Shown here piece after piece: positions 45,038 through 54,919 of a stretch of DNA of 64,000 nucleotides. Where the stretch lies: NCBI GenBank assembly GCA_963707215.1, contig CAVPPB010000003.1:640001-704000 (forward strand), in the 5' to 3' direction. The stretch comes from an uncultured Chloroflexia bacterium (lineage in GTDB: Bacteria; Chloroflexota; Limnocylindria; Limnocylindrales; CSP1-4). Every line of letters starts with the position of its first letter. Position 1 is the stretch's first letter. The notes below the pieces were generated by a model, which saw only the letters and a list, made by a program, of their open reading frames with translations, searched no databases and was not told the DNA's origin. Position numbers and translations under genes: made by a program.

Positions 45038-45903
45038 GTCGTCCGCCCGCCGAGGATCCCCTGCGGTCGCAACCAGAGCGCGATGATGAACGTGGCCAGC
45101 CAGGCCGGCCAGACCCAGAGGGTGCCCAGCTGGAGCGTCACGAACGTCTCGATCAGGCCGAGGACGAGCGCAGCCACGATCGCACCGGGCACGTTCCCGA
45201 GCCCGCCGAACGTGACGATGATGAAGCCTTTGATCATCCACTCCCACCCGATGTGGGGGGTCATGAACGACTTCGTGCCGAGGAGCACGCCGCTCATCGC
45301 CGTCACCCCGAAGGCCAGCGCAAAGGTGGCCCCGTGGATCCGGTCGATGTCGATGCCGACGATGCGCGCCCCGGAGACCGAAGTAGCGACCGCCCGCATG
45401 GCTCGGCCGAGCGAGCTCCGGTTGAGGAACGTCCACAGCGCCACGATGATCAGGACGGCCAGGAGGACGAGCGCGACGTCGTTCAGGCTCACCGTGACGG
45501 GCCCGATGTCGGCCTCGCCTTCGATGAAGACCGGGATGGACTTCACGCGCGGCCCGAACGCCTCGAGCATCCCCCACTCCAGGAGGATGGCCAGTCCGAG
45601 CGTGAACAGGAGCGTCGCGAACGCCCATTCGGCCCGCCGCAGCAGCGAGCGGATGGCCAGCTGGTACAGCACCCATCCGAAGACGGCCATCACCACGACC
45701 GCGACGGCGATCGCGATGCCCAGTGGCGCGTCGACCGAGGTGATGACGAGCCAGGCGACATAGGCGCCCAGGACGGCGATGTGCCCATGGGCGAAGTTGA
45801 AGACATGGCTGACGCCATAGATGACCGTCAGCCCGATAGCCATCGACGCGTAGAGGCCGCCGACGACGAGACCACTCCAGGCGGCGCTGAGGATGGCATC
45901 CAT
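45034..45903 (-). CDS. Branched-chain amino acid-type ABC permease (LivH-like)
   Basis: NFAHG, GRAMRA, GGLGNVPGA, RPQG. Confidence 0.92.
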   Translation of the reverse strand: MDAILSAAWSGLVVGGLYASMAIGLTVIYGVSHVFNFAHGHIAVLGAYVAWLVITSVDAPLGIAIAVAVVVMAVFGWVLYQLAIRSLLRRAEWAFATLLFTLGLAILLEWGMLEAFGPRVKSIPVFIEGEADIGPVTVSLNDVALVLLAVLIIVALWTFLNRSSLGRAMRAVATSVSGARIVGIDIDRIHGATFALAFGVTAMSGVLLGTKSFMTPHIGWEWMIKGFIIVTFGGLGNVPGAIVAALVLGLIETFVTLQLGTLWVWPAWLATFIIALWLRPQGILGGRTT

Positions 45904-46601
45904 CAGAAGTACGCCTCCTTCAGCTCCTCCACGCTGGCCTCCGCGGAAGGCCGTTCGAACTGGACCGCCCCGCGCTTCATCATGTAGATGCGGCTGGTCA
46001 GGCGCAGCGCGTAGTCGATCTCCTGCTCGACGAGCAGGACGGTGATCCCGGCGTCCTGGTTGATGCGAAGGATCGCGCCATAGACGGCCTTCTTCATGCC
46101 CGGGGCGAGCCCGATCGACGGCTCGTCGATGAGCAGCATGCGGGCGCCGCTCATCAGGCCCCTGGCGATCGCCACCATCCGGCTCTCACCGCCGGACATC
46201 GTCATGCAGACCTGGCGCTGGCGCTCCTTGAGCCGGGGGAAGACATCGAAGACGAACTCGAGGTTCCGGCGGTACTCGGGACGGGCGGTCCGGGAGTAGG
46301 CCCCGAGCTGGAGGTTCTCGAGCACGGTCATGTCGCTGAAGAGGTGCCGCTCCTCCGGTATGTAGGCGATACCAGCCTCGACGATGCGGTGCGGAGGTGT
46401 CCTGACGATCTCCTCGTCCATGAACCGGATCGAACCGCCGGTCGCCGGGTGGACGCCCGAGATCGCCTTGAGGAGCGTCGACTTGCCGTGGCCGTTGGGC
46501 CCCAGCAGGCCGATGATCTCGCCGCCCCGGACGTCGAGCGAGACGCCTCGGAGGACCTGGATGTCCTCGTAGCCGCCGACGACCTGGCGAACCTCGAGCA
46601 T
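45903..46601 (-). CDS. ABC ATP-binding protein (LivF-like)
   Basis: GPNGHGKST, MSGGE, IDEPSIGLAP. Confidence 0.92.
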   Translation of the reverse strand: MLEVRQVVGGYEDIQVLRGVSLDVRGGEIIGLLGPNGHGKSTLLKAISGVHPATGGSIRFMDEEIVRTPPHRIVEAGIAYIPEERHLFSDMTVLENLQLGAYSRTARPEYRRNLEFVFDVFPRLKERQRQVCMTMSGGESRMVAIARGLMSGARMLLIDEPSIGLAPGMKKAVYGAILRINQDAGITVLLVEQEIDYALRLTSRIYMMKRGAVQFERPSAEASVEELKEAYF

Positions 46602-46603
46602 GG

Positions 46604-47398
46604 CTACACCTCGTCCTCTGCCACGTCGTCGTCGTCGTCGAGGCCGCCGCCGAGGTAGACGCTCACCACCTCCGGGTGACCCTTGACGTCGTCCGGGTCG
46701 CCTTCGAAGAGGACCGAACCGTAGTGGAGGACGAGCATCCGGTCGGACAGGCCGATCAGCTCGTCGAGAAGGTGCTCGATGATGACGATCGTGGTGCCCC
46801 ACTCCGCCCGGATGCGGGTGACGAGGTCGCGGTAGCGGTCCACCTCGACGTGGGAGAACCCGGCCATGGGCTCGTCGAGGAGGAGCAGGCGCGGCGACGT
46901 CGCCAGGGCCGCCCCCAGGACGACCTTCTTCGTCGTGAAGAGGTCGAGGTTCGTGGCCCGGGCGTCGGCGACACCGCCGAGCTCCAGGAAGTCGATGATC
47001 CGGGGGACGTCCCCCTCGCTCTTGGCTCGCCCGAAGAGCGCCCCGATCCGGAGATTGTCCTTCACGGTGAGCGAGTGGAAGAGCGTCGGGGTCTGGAACG
47101 TGCGCGTCAGCCCGATCTGGCACACGTCGCTCGGACCCATGCCGACGATGTCACGCCCGTCGAAGGAGATCGATCCCGACGTCGGCCGGTAGAACCCCGA
47201 GATCGTGGCGAACAGGACCGACTTGCCGGCTCCGTTCGGACCAGCGATCCCGAAGATGGATCCTTCGGGCACGTCGAACGAGACGTCGTTGACCGCGATC
47301 AGGTTGCCGAACCGGCGGGTGACCGATCGGACCTGGAGGATGGCCGCCCCTCCGCCCGGAGGAGCGGCCGTCCCAGCGCTGCCGACTAGGGCAGCCAC
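46604..47398 (-). CDS. ABC ATP-binding protein (LivG-like)
   Basis: GPNGAGKS, RTFQ, LLDEPMAG, IEH, VYLG. Confidence 0.92.
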   Translation of the reverse strand: MAALVGSAGTAAPPGGGAAILQVRSVTRRFGNLIAVNDVSFDVPEGSIFGIAGPNGAGKSVLFATISGFYRPTSGSISFDGRDIVGMGPSDVCQIGLTRTFQTPTLFHSLTVKDNLRIGALFGRAKSEGDVPRIIDFLELGGVADARATNLDLFTTKKVVLGAALATSPRLLLLDEPMAGFSHVEVDRYRDLVTRIRAEWGTTIVIIEHLLDELIGLSDRMLVLHYGSVLFEGDPDDVKGHPEVVSVYLGGGLDDDDDVAEDEV

Positions 47399-48678
47399 GG
47401 TGGCGACTGGATCTCACCCTCGGCGGCGTTCTCGGGCAGGACCACCACGTTCGCGCCGTCCTGGACCTGCGACCAGAGGGTCGGCAGGAGATCGTCGCCC
47501 GCCTGCGCGTACTGACCATCCTCCAGCGAAGTGAAGTCGTAGGTCCCGGCGAAGCCCTGGTAGACGGTCTCCCGGATCGCGTCGTTGACCTGGTCGAAGC
47601 ATTCGACGCAGCCGACTTCCTCGACCGCGTTGGCCCAGATGTCGAAAGCGTCCCGGACGACGTAGCCGTGGATCGACTTCGGCTCACCGCCGTACAGCTC
47701 GACCCAGCGAGCCGTGTAGTCGACCTTGTCGAGTCCGATCTTGTCGGACACGCCGATGACCGTGGACCAGAGCATCCCTTCCGCCGAGTCGCCGCTCAGC
47801 TCAAGGAACTCGGGGATGCTCGGGGTGTACTGCATGTAGACGAGGCTGTTCAGCCCTGAGTCGCCGAACTGGGCATCCCACTGGTTCATGAACCGCGCCG
47901 CGTCCGAGGGGTCCAGGTTCCAGAAGGTCACGAAGGCCGGCTCGGCCGCCTCGATCCGCGAGAGGATGGGGCCCCACTCCTCGACGCCGAAGGGCGTGAC
48001 CTCGTCGACCGCGATCTCGTAGCCCTGCTCCTGGATGAACTCCTTGAACGCCTCGGCGCCGACGACGTTGTAAGCGTAGTCCGTGGTGATCACCGCAGCC
48101 GACTTGTTGGTCGGGGTGAAGCCGATCTGCTCAGCGATCTGCGGGAGGAGCTCTGCCGAGTTCACACCGTAGTCGTAGTCGCTCGGGTCGTACTGGAAGA
48201 CGTTGCCGTACTTGTCAGGGTCCTCACGGACCGGGTCGACCGCGGCGGTCATCGTCACGGCGTGGAGGTATGGCATGTCACCCTCGCCGAAGGCCAGCGT
48301 GTTGATGCCGCTGTCGTCGTAGCCGGTGATGACCGCGTCGGGATCCTCGCCGAGGATCCGCTCGCCACAGGCCTGGATCGTGTCGACCTCCAGGGCCGCG
48401 ACGTCGCAGGTCACGAGCGTCAGCTGGCGCCCGAGGACGCCGCCGTCGGCGTTGTACTCGTCGATCGCCATCTCCAGGGCCTGGAGCATCTCCTCGCCGT
48501 CGCTCGCATACGGACCGGTCAGCGGCATCGCCGAACCGATCACGATCGGCTCGGTGCTGTCGCCGCCGCCTTCGCTGGGCGCCGGCGTCTCATCATCCGC
48601 CCCGGGGGGCGCGCAGGCCGACAGCGCAAGCACGAAGGCGAGGCTGATGGCCGGGAACGTGAATTGGCGTGTCGACAT
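47386..48678 (-). CDS. Liv-type ABC substrate-binding lipoprotein
   Basis: LSAC lipobox, PLTGPYA, N..GGVLGR; GGGAGG SD. Confidence 0.9.
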   Translation of the reverse strand: MSTRQFTFPAISLAFVLALSACAPPGADDETPAPSEGGGDSTEPIVIGSAMPLTGPYASDGEEMLQALEMAIDEYNADGGVLGRQLTLVTCDVAALEVDTIQACGERILGEDPDAVITGYDDSGINTLAFGEGDMPYLHAVTMTAAVDPVREDPDKYGNVFQYDPSDYDYGVNSAELLPQIAEQIGFTPTNKSAAVITTDYAYNVVGAEAFKEFIQEQGYEIAVDEVTPFGVEEWGPILSRIEAAEPAFVTFWNLDPSDAARFMNQWDAQFGDSGLNSLVYMQYTPSIPEFLELSGDSAEGMLWSTVIGVSDKIGLDKVDYTARWVELYGGEPKSIHGYVVRDAFDIWANAVEEVGCVECFDQVNDAIRETVYQGFAGTYDFTSLEDGQYAQAGDDLLPTLWSQVQDGANVVVLPENAAEGEIQSPPWLP

Positions 48679-48815
48679 GACGACCCTCCCATGGACGGGC
48701 CCCGGTACGCTCCCCTCCGGCGGCGGTCCCGTCCTACCGCGATCCATGGCACTGGCAGGATACACAACTGCATGCACTCCCTATCCGGCCATCCGGCAGC
48801 ACGACGACGATCGCC

Positions 48816-49760
48816 ATGACGAAGCCGCGCGGGTGGATGGCGGTCGCCCTCGGCGGGCTGTTGGTCGCGGGCGCGGTCGCGCTCGCCCTGATCGCCTGGA
48901 TCGCGGGTGTCGGGCCCGACGCCCCGGGACCGATCGGCACCAGCGCCAACGGGCCCATCGCCTTCGTTCGCTCTGCGGGCCGGGAGGCGGACCTCCTGGA
49001 GGTCGAAGCGATCTCCGGTGAGGAACGGGTCTGGTTCGCCGGACGGGGCACTGTGAGCACGCCCGCCTGGTCGGCCGACGGGAGATCGCTCGCCTACGCC
49101 TGGCGGGACCCGACCGCCGGCGGCTACCGGATCCGGGTCGCGGACGCGGACGGCTCGAACGACCGGCCGGTCACGCCGGGCGACGCGATCGATGCGAGCC
49201 CCGCCTGGTCGCCAGAGGGCGACCGCATCGCCTTCTCGAGCAACCGCGACGGACCGCGCTTCGGGGTCTTCGTAATGGCAGCCGACGGCTCGGCGCCCGT
49301 TCGCCTGGTCGACGGTCAGGACCCAGCCTGGTCACCGACCGGCGAGTGGATCGCCTTCGTGCGGCTCGTCGACGGAGCCCGCGACGTCTTCCTGATACGG
49401 CCCGACGGACGTGACCTGAGGAACATCACGGCCGGCCGGGCCGATGACACGGATCCGGCCTGGACGCCGGACGGGACAGGGATCATCTTCGCGAGCGACC
49501 GCGGCGGCGACTTCGATCTCTACAGGACGCGGCCCGAGGGCGGCACCGTCACCCGACTGACCGAGGGATCGGAGGACGACCGCAGCCCGGCCGTCTCTCC
49601 CGATGGCGCCCTGGTCGCCTTCTCCCGCCAGACCTCGAGCTCGGCCGACCTGTGGGTGGTCGGCGAGGACGGGGTCGAGCGACGCCTGACCGACGATCCC
49701 CTCTTCGACGTGGACCCGGCCTGGCAGCCTCACTCCGGAGCCGGGCAAGGTGCCGGCTGA
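48816..49760 (+). CDS. TolB-like beta-propeller (PD40 repeats), membrane anchored
   Basis: N-terminal TM; repeated PAWSPxG..IAF motifs. Confidence 0.85.
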   Translation: MTKPRGWMAVALGGLLVAGAVALALIAWIAGVGPDAPGPIGTSANGPIAFVRSAGREADLLEVEAISGEERVWFAGRGTVSTPAWSADGRSLAYAWRDPTAGGYRIRVADADGSNDRPVTPGDAIDASPAWSPEGDRIAFSSNRDGPRFGVFVMAADGSAPVRLVDGQDPAWSPTGEWIAFVRLVDGARDVFLIRPDGRDLRNITAGRADDTDPAWTPDGTGIIFASDRGGDFDLYRTRPEGGTVTRLTEGSEDDRSPAVSPDGALVAFSRQTSSSADLWVVGEDGVERRLTDDPLFDVDPAWQPHSGAGQGAG

Positions 49761-49816
49761 CCGAGAGCGAGCAGCGCACGTGCGTCCGGACAGGCTCCGG
49801 TGGCGAGGGGAGGGGG

Positions 49817-49892
49817 TGGCGCGCCCGGCGAGACTCGAACTCACGGCCTTCTGGTCCGCAACCAGATGCTCTATCCACTGAGCTACGGGCGC
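49817..49892 (-). tRNA. tRNA-Arg(GCG)
   Basis: GCGCCCG/CGGGCGC acceptor, anticodon stem TCTGG/CCAGA, loop TT-GCG-GA, A20 in D-loop, G73-CCA. Confidence 0.93.
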
Positions 49893-49899
49893 CCGAGGG

Positions 49900-49991
<92 letters not shown>

Positions 49992-50089
49992 GTCGCGGGC
50001 GCCATTCTAGCATCGGGTCCCGGACGGCCCGGACGGCCCACGGGGCCTGGCCGACGCTCGCCGCAGCAGCCGGCTGCGCATCCATCGCA

Positions 50090-50119
50090 TTGACGCCGCC
50101 GAACGGCGTCGGCTATCGT
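50090..50119 (+). promoter_or_regulatory. Promoter of aro operon leader
   Basis: TTGACG-18 bp-TATCGT, 12 nt before the leader ATG. Confidence 0.6.
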
Positions 50120-50131
50120 CCGGGACCAGAC

Positions 50132-50167
50132 ATGGCGTACTGCTTCTACTTTCCAAGCCCGGCATGA
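50132..50167 (+). CDS. Putative Tyr/Phe leader peptide MAYCFYFPSPA
   Basis: 4 of 5 consecutive codons are Tyr/Phe (TAC TGC TTC TAC TTT); lies between promoter and terminator upstream of aroF. Confidence 0.75.
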   Translation: MAYCFYFPSPA

Positions 50168-50213
50168 CCGTTCCCGGACCATAAGACCCGGGAGCGCGGG
50201 TCGTGCCGGGCAG

Positions 50214-50240
50214 AGCAGAGGCGAGGCCTCTGCTTTTTTG
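50214..50240 (+). terminator. Intrinsic terminator (attenuator) in aroF leader
   Basis: AGCAGAGGC-GAG-GCCTCTGCT followed by TTTTTG, ~40 nt before aroF ATG. Confidence 0.85.
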
Positions 50241-50278
50241 TTGGCCCGAGACGCAGCGCCCAAGAAGGACGACCACCG

Positions 50279-51352
50279 ATGTTCGTGGTGATGTCACCGA
50301 CCGCCGGGGAGGCCGAGATCCTCGCGGTCAAGAGTCAGATCCTGGCCGAGGGGATGACGCCGTTCGACCACGTCGGCATCGAGCGCACCGTGATCGCCGT
50401 CGTCGGAGAGATCGGGGTCCGCAAAGAGCCGCTGATGCGGCGCCTGGAGGCGATGGCGGGGGTCGATCGCGTCACGCCGATCAGCCGACCCTACAAGCTG
50501 ACCTCCCGCGAGTTCCAGGCCGAGGACACGATCATCCGGGTCGGTGAGACGACGATCGGGGATGGGTCGCTGACGGTGATGGCTGGCCCCTGCTCCATCG
50601 AGAGCCGCGAGCAGCTCATGGAGACCGCTGCGGCGGTCAAGGCCGCCGGCGCGACGATCCTGCGCGGCGGGGCGTTCAAGCCGCGGACCAGCCCCTACTC
50701 CTTCCAGGGACTCGGCGTCGAGGGACTGCGGTACCTCGCCGAGGCCCGCGAGGAGATCGGCCTGCCGGTCATCACCGAGGTCATGGAGCCGAACCAGGTC
50801 GACATCGTGGCCGAGTACGCCGACATCCTCCAGATCGGGACCCGGAACATGCAGAACTACTCGCTCCTGACGGCCGTCGGGCGGGTCGCTCGCCCGGTGA
50901 TGCTGAAGCGGGGCTACGGGGCGACCATCGAGGAGTGGCTGATGGCCGCCGAGTACATCGTCAGCTCTGGCAACCCCGGCGTCATCCTCTGTGAGCGCGG
51001 CATCCGGACGTTCGAGACCTACACGCGCAACACGATGGACCTTTCGGCGGTCCCGCTCCTCCACCACCTCACCCACCTTCCGGTCGTCGTCGACCCGTCC
51101 CATGCCACCGGCAAGCGCTGGCTGGTCAAGCCCCTGGCCATCGGGGGGGTCGCGGTCGGGGCGGACGGGGTCATGGTCGAGGTCCACCCCCGGCCCGACG
51201 AGGCGTTGTCCGATGCCGAGCAGCAGCTCGACCTGGCTCAGTTCGCTGATCTGATGGCCTCGCTCATCCCGATCCATGCCCACATCAGGTCGACAGGCCC
51301 GGCCCCGCTGGTGGCCCAGCTTCCGGACGCCGACGGGGTGCAGAAGCATTGA
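50279..51352 (+). CDS. aroF: DAHP synthase class I-beta with N-terminal ACT-like domain
   Basis: [40 protein letters not shown]. Confidence 0.96.
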   Translation: MFVVMSPTAGEAEILAVKSQILAEGMTPFDHVGIERTVIAVVGEIGVRKEPLMRRLEAMAGVDRVTPISRPYKLTSREFQAEDTIIRVGETTIGDGSLTVMAGPCSIESREQLMETAAAVKAAGATILRGGAFKPRTSPYSFQGLGVEGLRYLAEAREEIGLPVITEVMEPNQVDIVAEYADILQIGTRNMQNYSLLTAVGRVARPVMLKRGYGATIEEWLMAAEYIVSSGNPGVILCERGIRTFETYTRNTMDLSAVPLLHHLTHLPVVVDPSHATGKRWLVKPLAIGGVAVGADGVMVEVHPRPDEALSDAEQQLDLAQFADLMASLIPIHAHIRSTGPAPLVAQLPDADGVQKH

Positions 51353-52713
51353 GTGGGCGTGCAGGGGCCGGGATCGAGGTCGCCGCGATCCGCTCGGCCC
51401 GCAGGCTGCGCGGGGAGGTCGTGCTCCCGGGCGACAAGTCCATCAGTCACCGGGCCCTCATCCTGGCCGCGATGGCCACGGGGGAGAGCCGCATCCTCGG
51501 GGCGGGCGACGGCGCGGACGTCCGCTCGACGGCGGTGATCGTGGCCGAGCTGGGGTCGACGGTCGAGCGGACCGCTACCGGGCCCGGCACGGCCGACTAC
51601 CGGATCGGATCGCCGGGCTTCGACGGGCTCATCGAGCCATCGGGCGTGCTGGATTGCGGCAACTCCGGGACGAGCCTGCGCCTGGCCGCCGGACTGCTCG
51701 CGGCCCGGGCCGGCTACGCGGTCCTCGACGGCGACGCCTCGTTGCGACGGCGTCCCGTGGCCCGTATCATCGGACCACTTCGGGCCATGGGGGCCGAGCT
51801 CCATGCCCGCCGGGACGACACTCTCCCTCCACTCACCGTGGTCGGGCGCACCCCGCTCCGGGCAGTGGAGCTGACGACGCCCGTGCCCAGCGCCCAGGTC
51901 AAGTCGGCGATCCTCCTGGCGGCCCTCGGGGCCGAGGGGCGGACCATCGTCCGTGAGATCGTGCCGACGCGGGATCACACCGAGCGGATGCTCAGGGCCC
52001 GCGGCGTCGCAGTCGAACGGCGAGCGGCCGGTGACGGAGACGCCCCGAACGCTGTGGCGTTGAGTGTGGAAGGAGGCGCGAGGGTGCGAGCCGTCGACGA
52101 GCGGGTCCCCGGAGACGTGTCCGGCGCCGCCTTCTGGCTTGTCGCGGGCTCGATCCACCCGGACGCCGAGCTGACCATCCGCGACGTCGGCGTCAACCCG
52201 ACGCGTCGGGCGGTGATCGACATCCTCCGGGCCATGGGCGCCGTCATCGAGGAGCGCGTGACGAGCGGCCCCGACGACGGCGTCGGCGAGCCCCGTGCCG
52301 ACCTGGTGGTCCGGTCGAGCGAGCTGACGTCGATCGAGCTCGGGCCGACGGACGTGGCCGCCGCGATCGACGAGATCCCGGTCCTCTGCCTGGCGGCCAC
52401 CCAGGCCCGGGGGCGGACCGTGATCCGGGGTGCCGGCGAGCTCCGTCACAAGGAATTGGACCGTCTGGCCGGTGTCGCCGCCGGGCTCGGCGCCCTGGGC
52501 GCTGCCATCGAGATCGATGGCGACGACCTCGTCATCGACGGCGTCCGGCCACTGCATGGCGCCGCGACCGACAGCCTCGACGACCACCGACTGGCGATGA
52601 CCTTCGCGGTCGCCGGTCTCATCGCCAGGGGGACGACCGCCGTGGCCCGACCGGCCAGCGTCGCGATCAGCTACCCGGGCTTCTTCTCCGAGCTGGAAAG
52701 GGTGGGAGCATGA
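51349..52713 (+). CDS. aroA: EPSP synthase (class II)
   Basis: [36 protein letters not shown]. Confidence 0.96.
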   Translation: MSGRAGAGIEVAAIRSARRLRGEVVLPGDKSISHRALILAAMATGESRILGAGDGADVRSTAVIVAELGSTVERTATGPGTADYRIGSPGFDGLIEPSGVLDCGNSGTSLRLAAGLLAARAGYAVLDGDASLRRRPVARIIGPLRAMGAELHARRDDTLPPLTVVGRTPLRAVELTTPVPSAQVKSAILLAALGAEGRTIVREIVPTRDHTERMLRARGVAVERRAAGDGDAPNAVALSVEGGARVRAVDERVPGDVSGAAFWLVAGSIHPDAELTIRDVGVNPTRRAVIDILRAMGAVIEERVTSGPDDGVGEPRADLVVRSSELTSIELGPTDVAAAIDEIPVLCLAATQARGRTVIRGAGELRHKELDRLAGVAAGLGALGAAIEIDGDDLVIDGVRPLHGAATDSLDDHRLAMTFAVAGLIARGTTAVARPASVAISYPGFFSELERVGA

Positions 52714-53621
52714 CGAAGCGCGTCGTCCTGATCGGACATCCGGTGGCCCACTCGCTGTCGGGCGCGATGCACCAGGCGGCGTTCGACGCCCTCGGCATCG
52801 CCGCCCGCTACGAGCTGTGGGACCGCCCGCCGATCCAGCTCACGCCCTCGATCGAGGAGCTCCGGTCGAGCCACTTCCTGGGCGCCAACCTGACGATCCC
52901 TCACAAGGAGCGGGCCGTGCCGCTCATGGACCGGCTGACCGAGGAAGCGGAGGCGACCGGGGCCGTCAACACGATCACACGGGAGGGCAAGCGGCTCGTC
53001 GGCCACAACACCGACGTGGCCGGCTTCAAGTTCGCCCTGGACCAGCTCGTCGGTCGCCAGAAGATGCCCCGCTTCGCCGTCGTGCTCGGGGCGGGTGGCG
53101 GAGCCAGGGCGATCGTCTACTCGCTGATCACCGAGGGGTTCCAGCGGGTCGTGATCTTCAATCGCCACCTCCATCGCGCCGAGGGTCTCGTCCGCCACTT
53201 CGGCCGAAGTGCCTCGCACATGGAGCTGCGGGCCATGCCCTGGCACGAGTCGATCATCGAGGCCGAGCTGGCCAAGACGAAGCTGCTGGTGAACGCGACC
53301 TCGATCGGGTTGGCTGACGAGGAGGCGAGTCCCGTGCCGGCCGAGGCCATCCCCGGCGATCTGCTGGTGCTCGACCTCATCTATAGCCGGACCCGGCTCC
53401 TGCGCGACGCCGAGGCGGCCGGCTGCCAGGTCGCCGATGGCGAGCAGATGCTGCTCCACCAGGGGGCCGCGGCGTTCACGCTGTGGACCGGCAAGGACGC
53501 TCCGCTCGACGTCATGCAGGCGGCTTTGACGCAGGCCCGAGCGGGCGGCGTCCGCTCCGCCGAGGGCGAGCCGACCGGGCGACCCGAAGACGCGGAGGGG
53601 GAGCCGGCCGCGGCCGGCTGA
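52710..53621 (+). CDS. aroE: Shikimate dehydrogenase
   Basis: HSLS, NLTIPHK, GAVNT, NTD, GAGG, NATS. Confidence 0.95.
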   Translation: MTKRVVLIGHPVAHSLSGAMHQAAFDALGIAARYELWDRPPIQLTPSIEELRSSHFLGANLTIPHKERAVPLMDRLTEEAEATGAVNTITREGKRLVGHNTDVAGFKFALDQLVGRQKMPRFAVVLGAGGGARAIVYSLITEGFQRVVIFNRHLHRAEGLVRHFGRSASHMELRAMPWHESIIEAELAKTKLLVNATSIGLADEEASPVPAEAIPGDLLVLDLIYSRTRLLRDAEAAGCQVADGEQMLLHQGAAAFTLWTGKDAPLDVMQAALTQARAGGVRSAEGEPTGRPEDAEGEPAAAG

Positions 53622-53630
53622 GCGCGAGCG

Positions 53631-54911
53631 ATGGGTCGACTCCGCTTCCTGACCGCCGGCGAATCCCACGGTCGGGGCCTGGGGGTCATCCTCGAGGGGA
53701 TGCCCGCCGGTCTCGGGATCTCGGCAGACGCGATCGCGGACGACCTGGCCCGTCGCCAGCGCGGCTATGGCCGCGGTGCCCGCCAGACCATCGAGCGGGA
53801 CCGAGCGGAGATCGTCTCCGGGGTCCGCCACGGGCGGACCATCGGCTCGCCGATCCTGCTGACGATCCCCAACCGGGACTGGGAGAACTGGACCCGGGTG
53901 ATGCAGGTCGAATCACTCTCCGACGACGAGGCGGCCGAGCTGACGGCCCTCGCCGAGGGCGGCAACAAGCGAGCACGACCGGTGACGCGGATCCGACCGG
54001 GTCACGCCGACCTGGCCGGCTCGGTCAAGTACGGGTTCGCAGACGTCCGAGACGTCCTCGAACGGGCCTCGGCCCGCGAGACGACCGCCAGGGTCGCCGC
54101 TGGCGCCATCGCCCGAGCGTTCCTCGCTCGGTTCGGCATGGACGTGTGGTCGTTCAGCGCGGAGGTCGGCGGCATCGCGGTCGACCGCGACCGATGCAGC
54201 CGGACCCGGGAAGAGGCGGAAGCCTCGCCCCTGCGCTGCCCGGACCCGGAGGCCGAGGCCCGGATGATCGCCCGGATCGACGAGGCGCGAGGGGCCGGCG
54301 ACACGGTCGGCGGCGTCTTCGAGGTCGTCGCGACCGGGGCCCCGATGGGGCTGGGCAGCTACGTCCAGTGGGACCGTCGGCTCGACGCAGCCCTGGCCTC
54401 CGCGGTCATGAGCATCAACATCGTCAAGGGAGTCGAGCTGGGCCTCGGCTTCGAGCAGACGCGCCGCCTTGGCTCCGCCGTCCATGACGTCATCGAGGGC
54501 CGCGACGAGGCCGGACGCTGGGTCCACCGGACGAACAACGCCGGTGGACTGACCGGAGGCATCTCGAATGGGGAGCCGATCGTGGTCCGCGGGGCGGTCA
54601 AGCCCATCTCGACCCTCGCCCGGCCGCTGCCATCCGCGGATCTCCTGACCGGCCAGCCCGTGGAGCAGGCCCACTACGAGCGCTCGGACATCAGCGTCGT
54701 GCCGGCGGCCGGTGTCGTGGCCGAGGCGATGGTCTCGCTCACGCTCGCTGATTTCATCCTGGAGAAGTTCGGCGGGGACTCGGTGGACGAGACCCTCGAC
54801 AACCTGGGGCGCTTCCGGGATCGAGCCGCGCGACCGCCGATCGAGCCGACGGAGGACCCGGGACGGGCCGGTGCGCCGGAGACCGAGATCGGGTCCGGCG
54901 GCGACGACTGA
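53631..54911 (+). CDS. aroC: Chorismate synthase
   Basis: TAGESHG, RPGHAD, ERASARET, NNAGG..GG.SNG, ERSD. Confidence 0.97.
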   Translation: MGRLRFLTAGESHGRGLGVILEGMPAGLGISADAIADDLARRQRGYGRGARQTIERDRAEIVSGVRHGRTIGSPILLTIPNRDWENWTRVMQVESLSDDEAAELTALAEGGNKRARPVTRIRPGHADLAGSVKYGFADVRDVLERASARETTARVAAGAIARAFLARFGMDVWSFSAEVGGIAVDRDRCSRTREEAEASPLRCPDPEAEARMIARIDEARGAGDTVGGVFEVVATGAPMGLGSYVQWDRRLDAALASAVMSINIVKGVELGLGFEQTRRLGSAVHDVIEGRDEAGRWVHRTNNAGGLTGGISNGEPIVVRGAVKPISTLARPLPSADLLTGQPVEQAHYERSDISVVPAAGVVAEAMVSLTLADFILEKFGGDSVDETLDNLGRFRDRAARPPIEPTEDPGRAGAPETEIGSGGDD

Positions 54912-54919
54912 GGCGAACC

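Noticed and set aside
31200-49817. Genomic island integrated at the tRNA-Arg 3' end
   Set aside because: There is no integrase or transposase, I found no convincing direct repeat of the tRNA 3' end by eye, and there is no evident compositional shift.
50090-50278. T-box riboswitch upstream of aroF
   Set aside because: There is no AGGGTGGNACC T-box motif or stem I, and the leader is too short; a leader-peptide model fits better.
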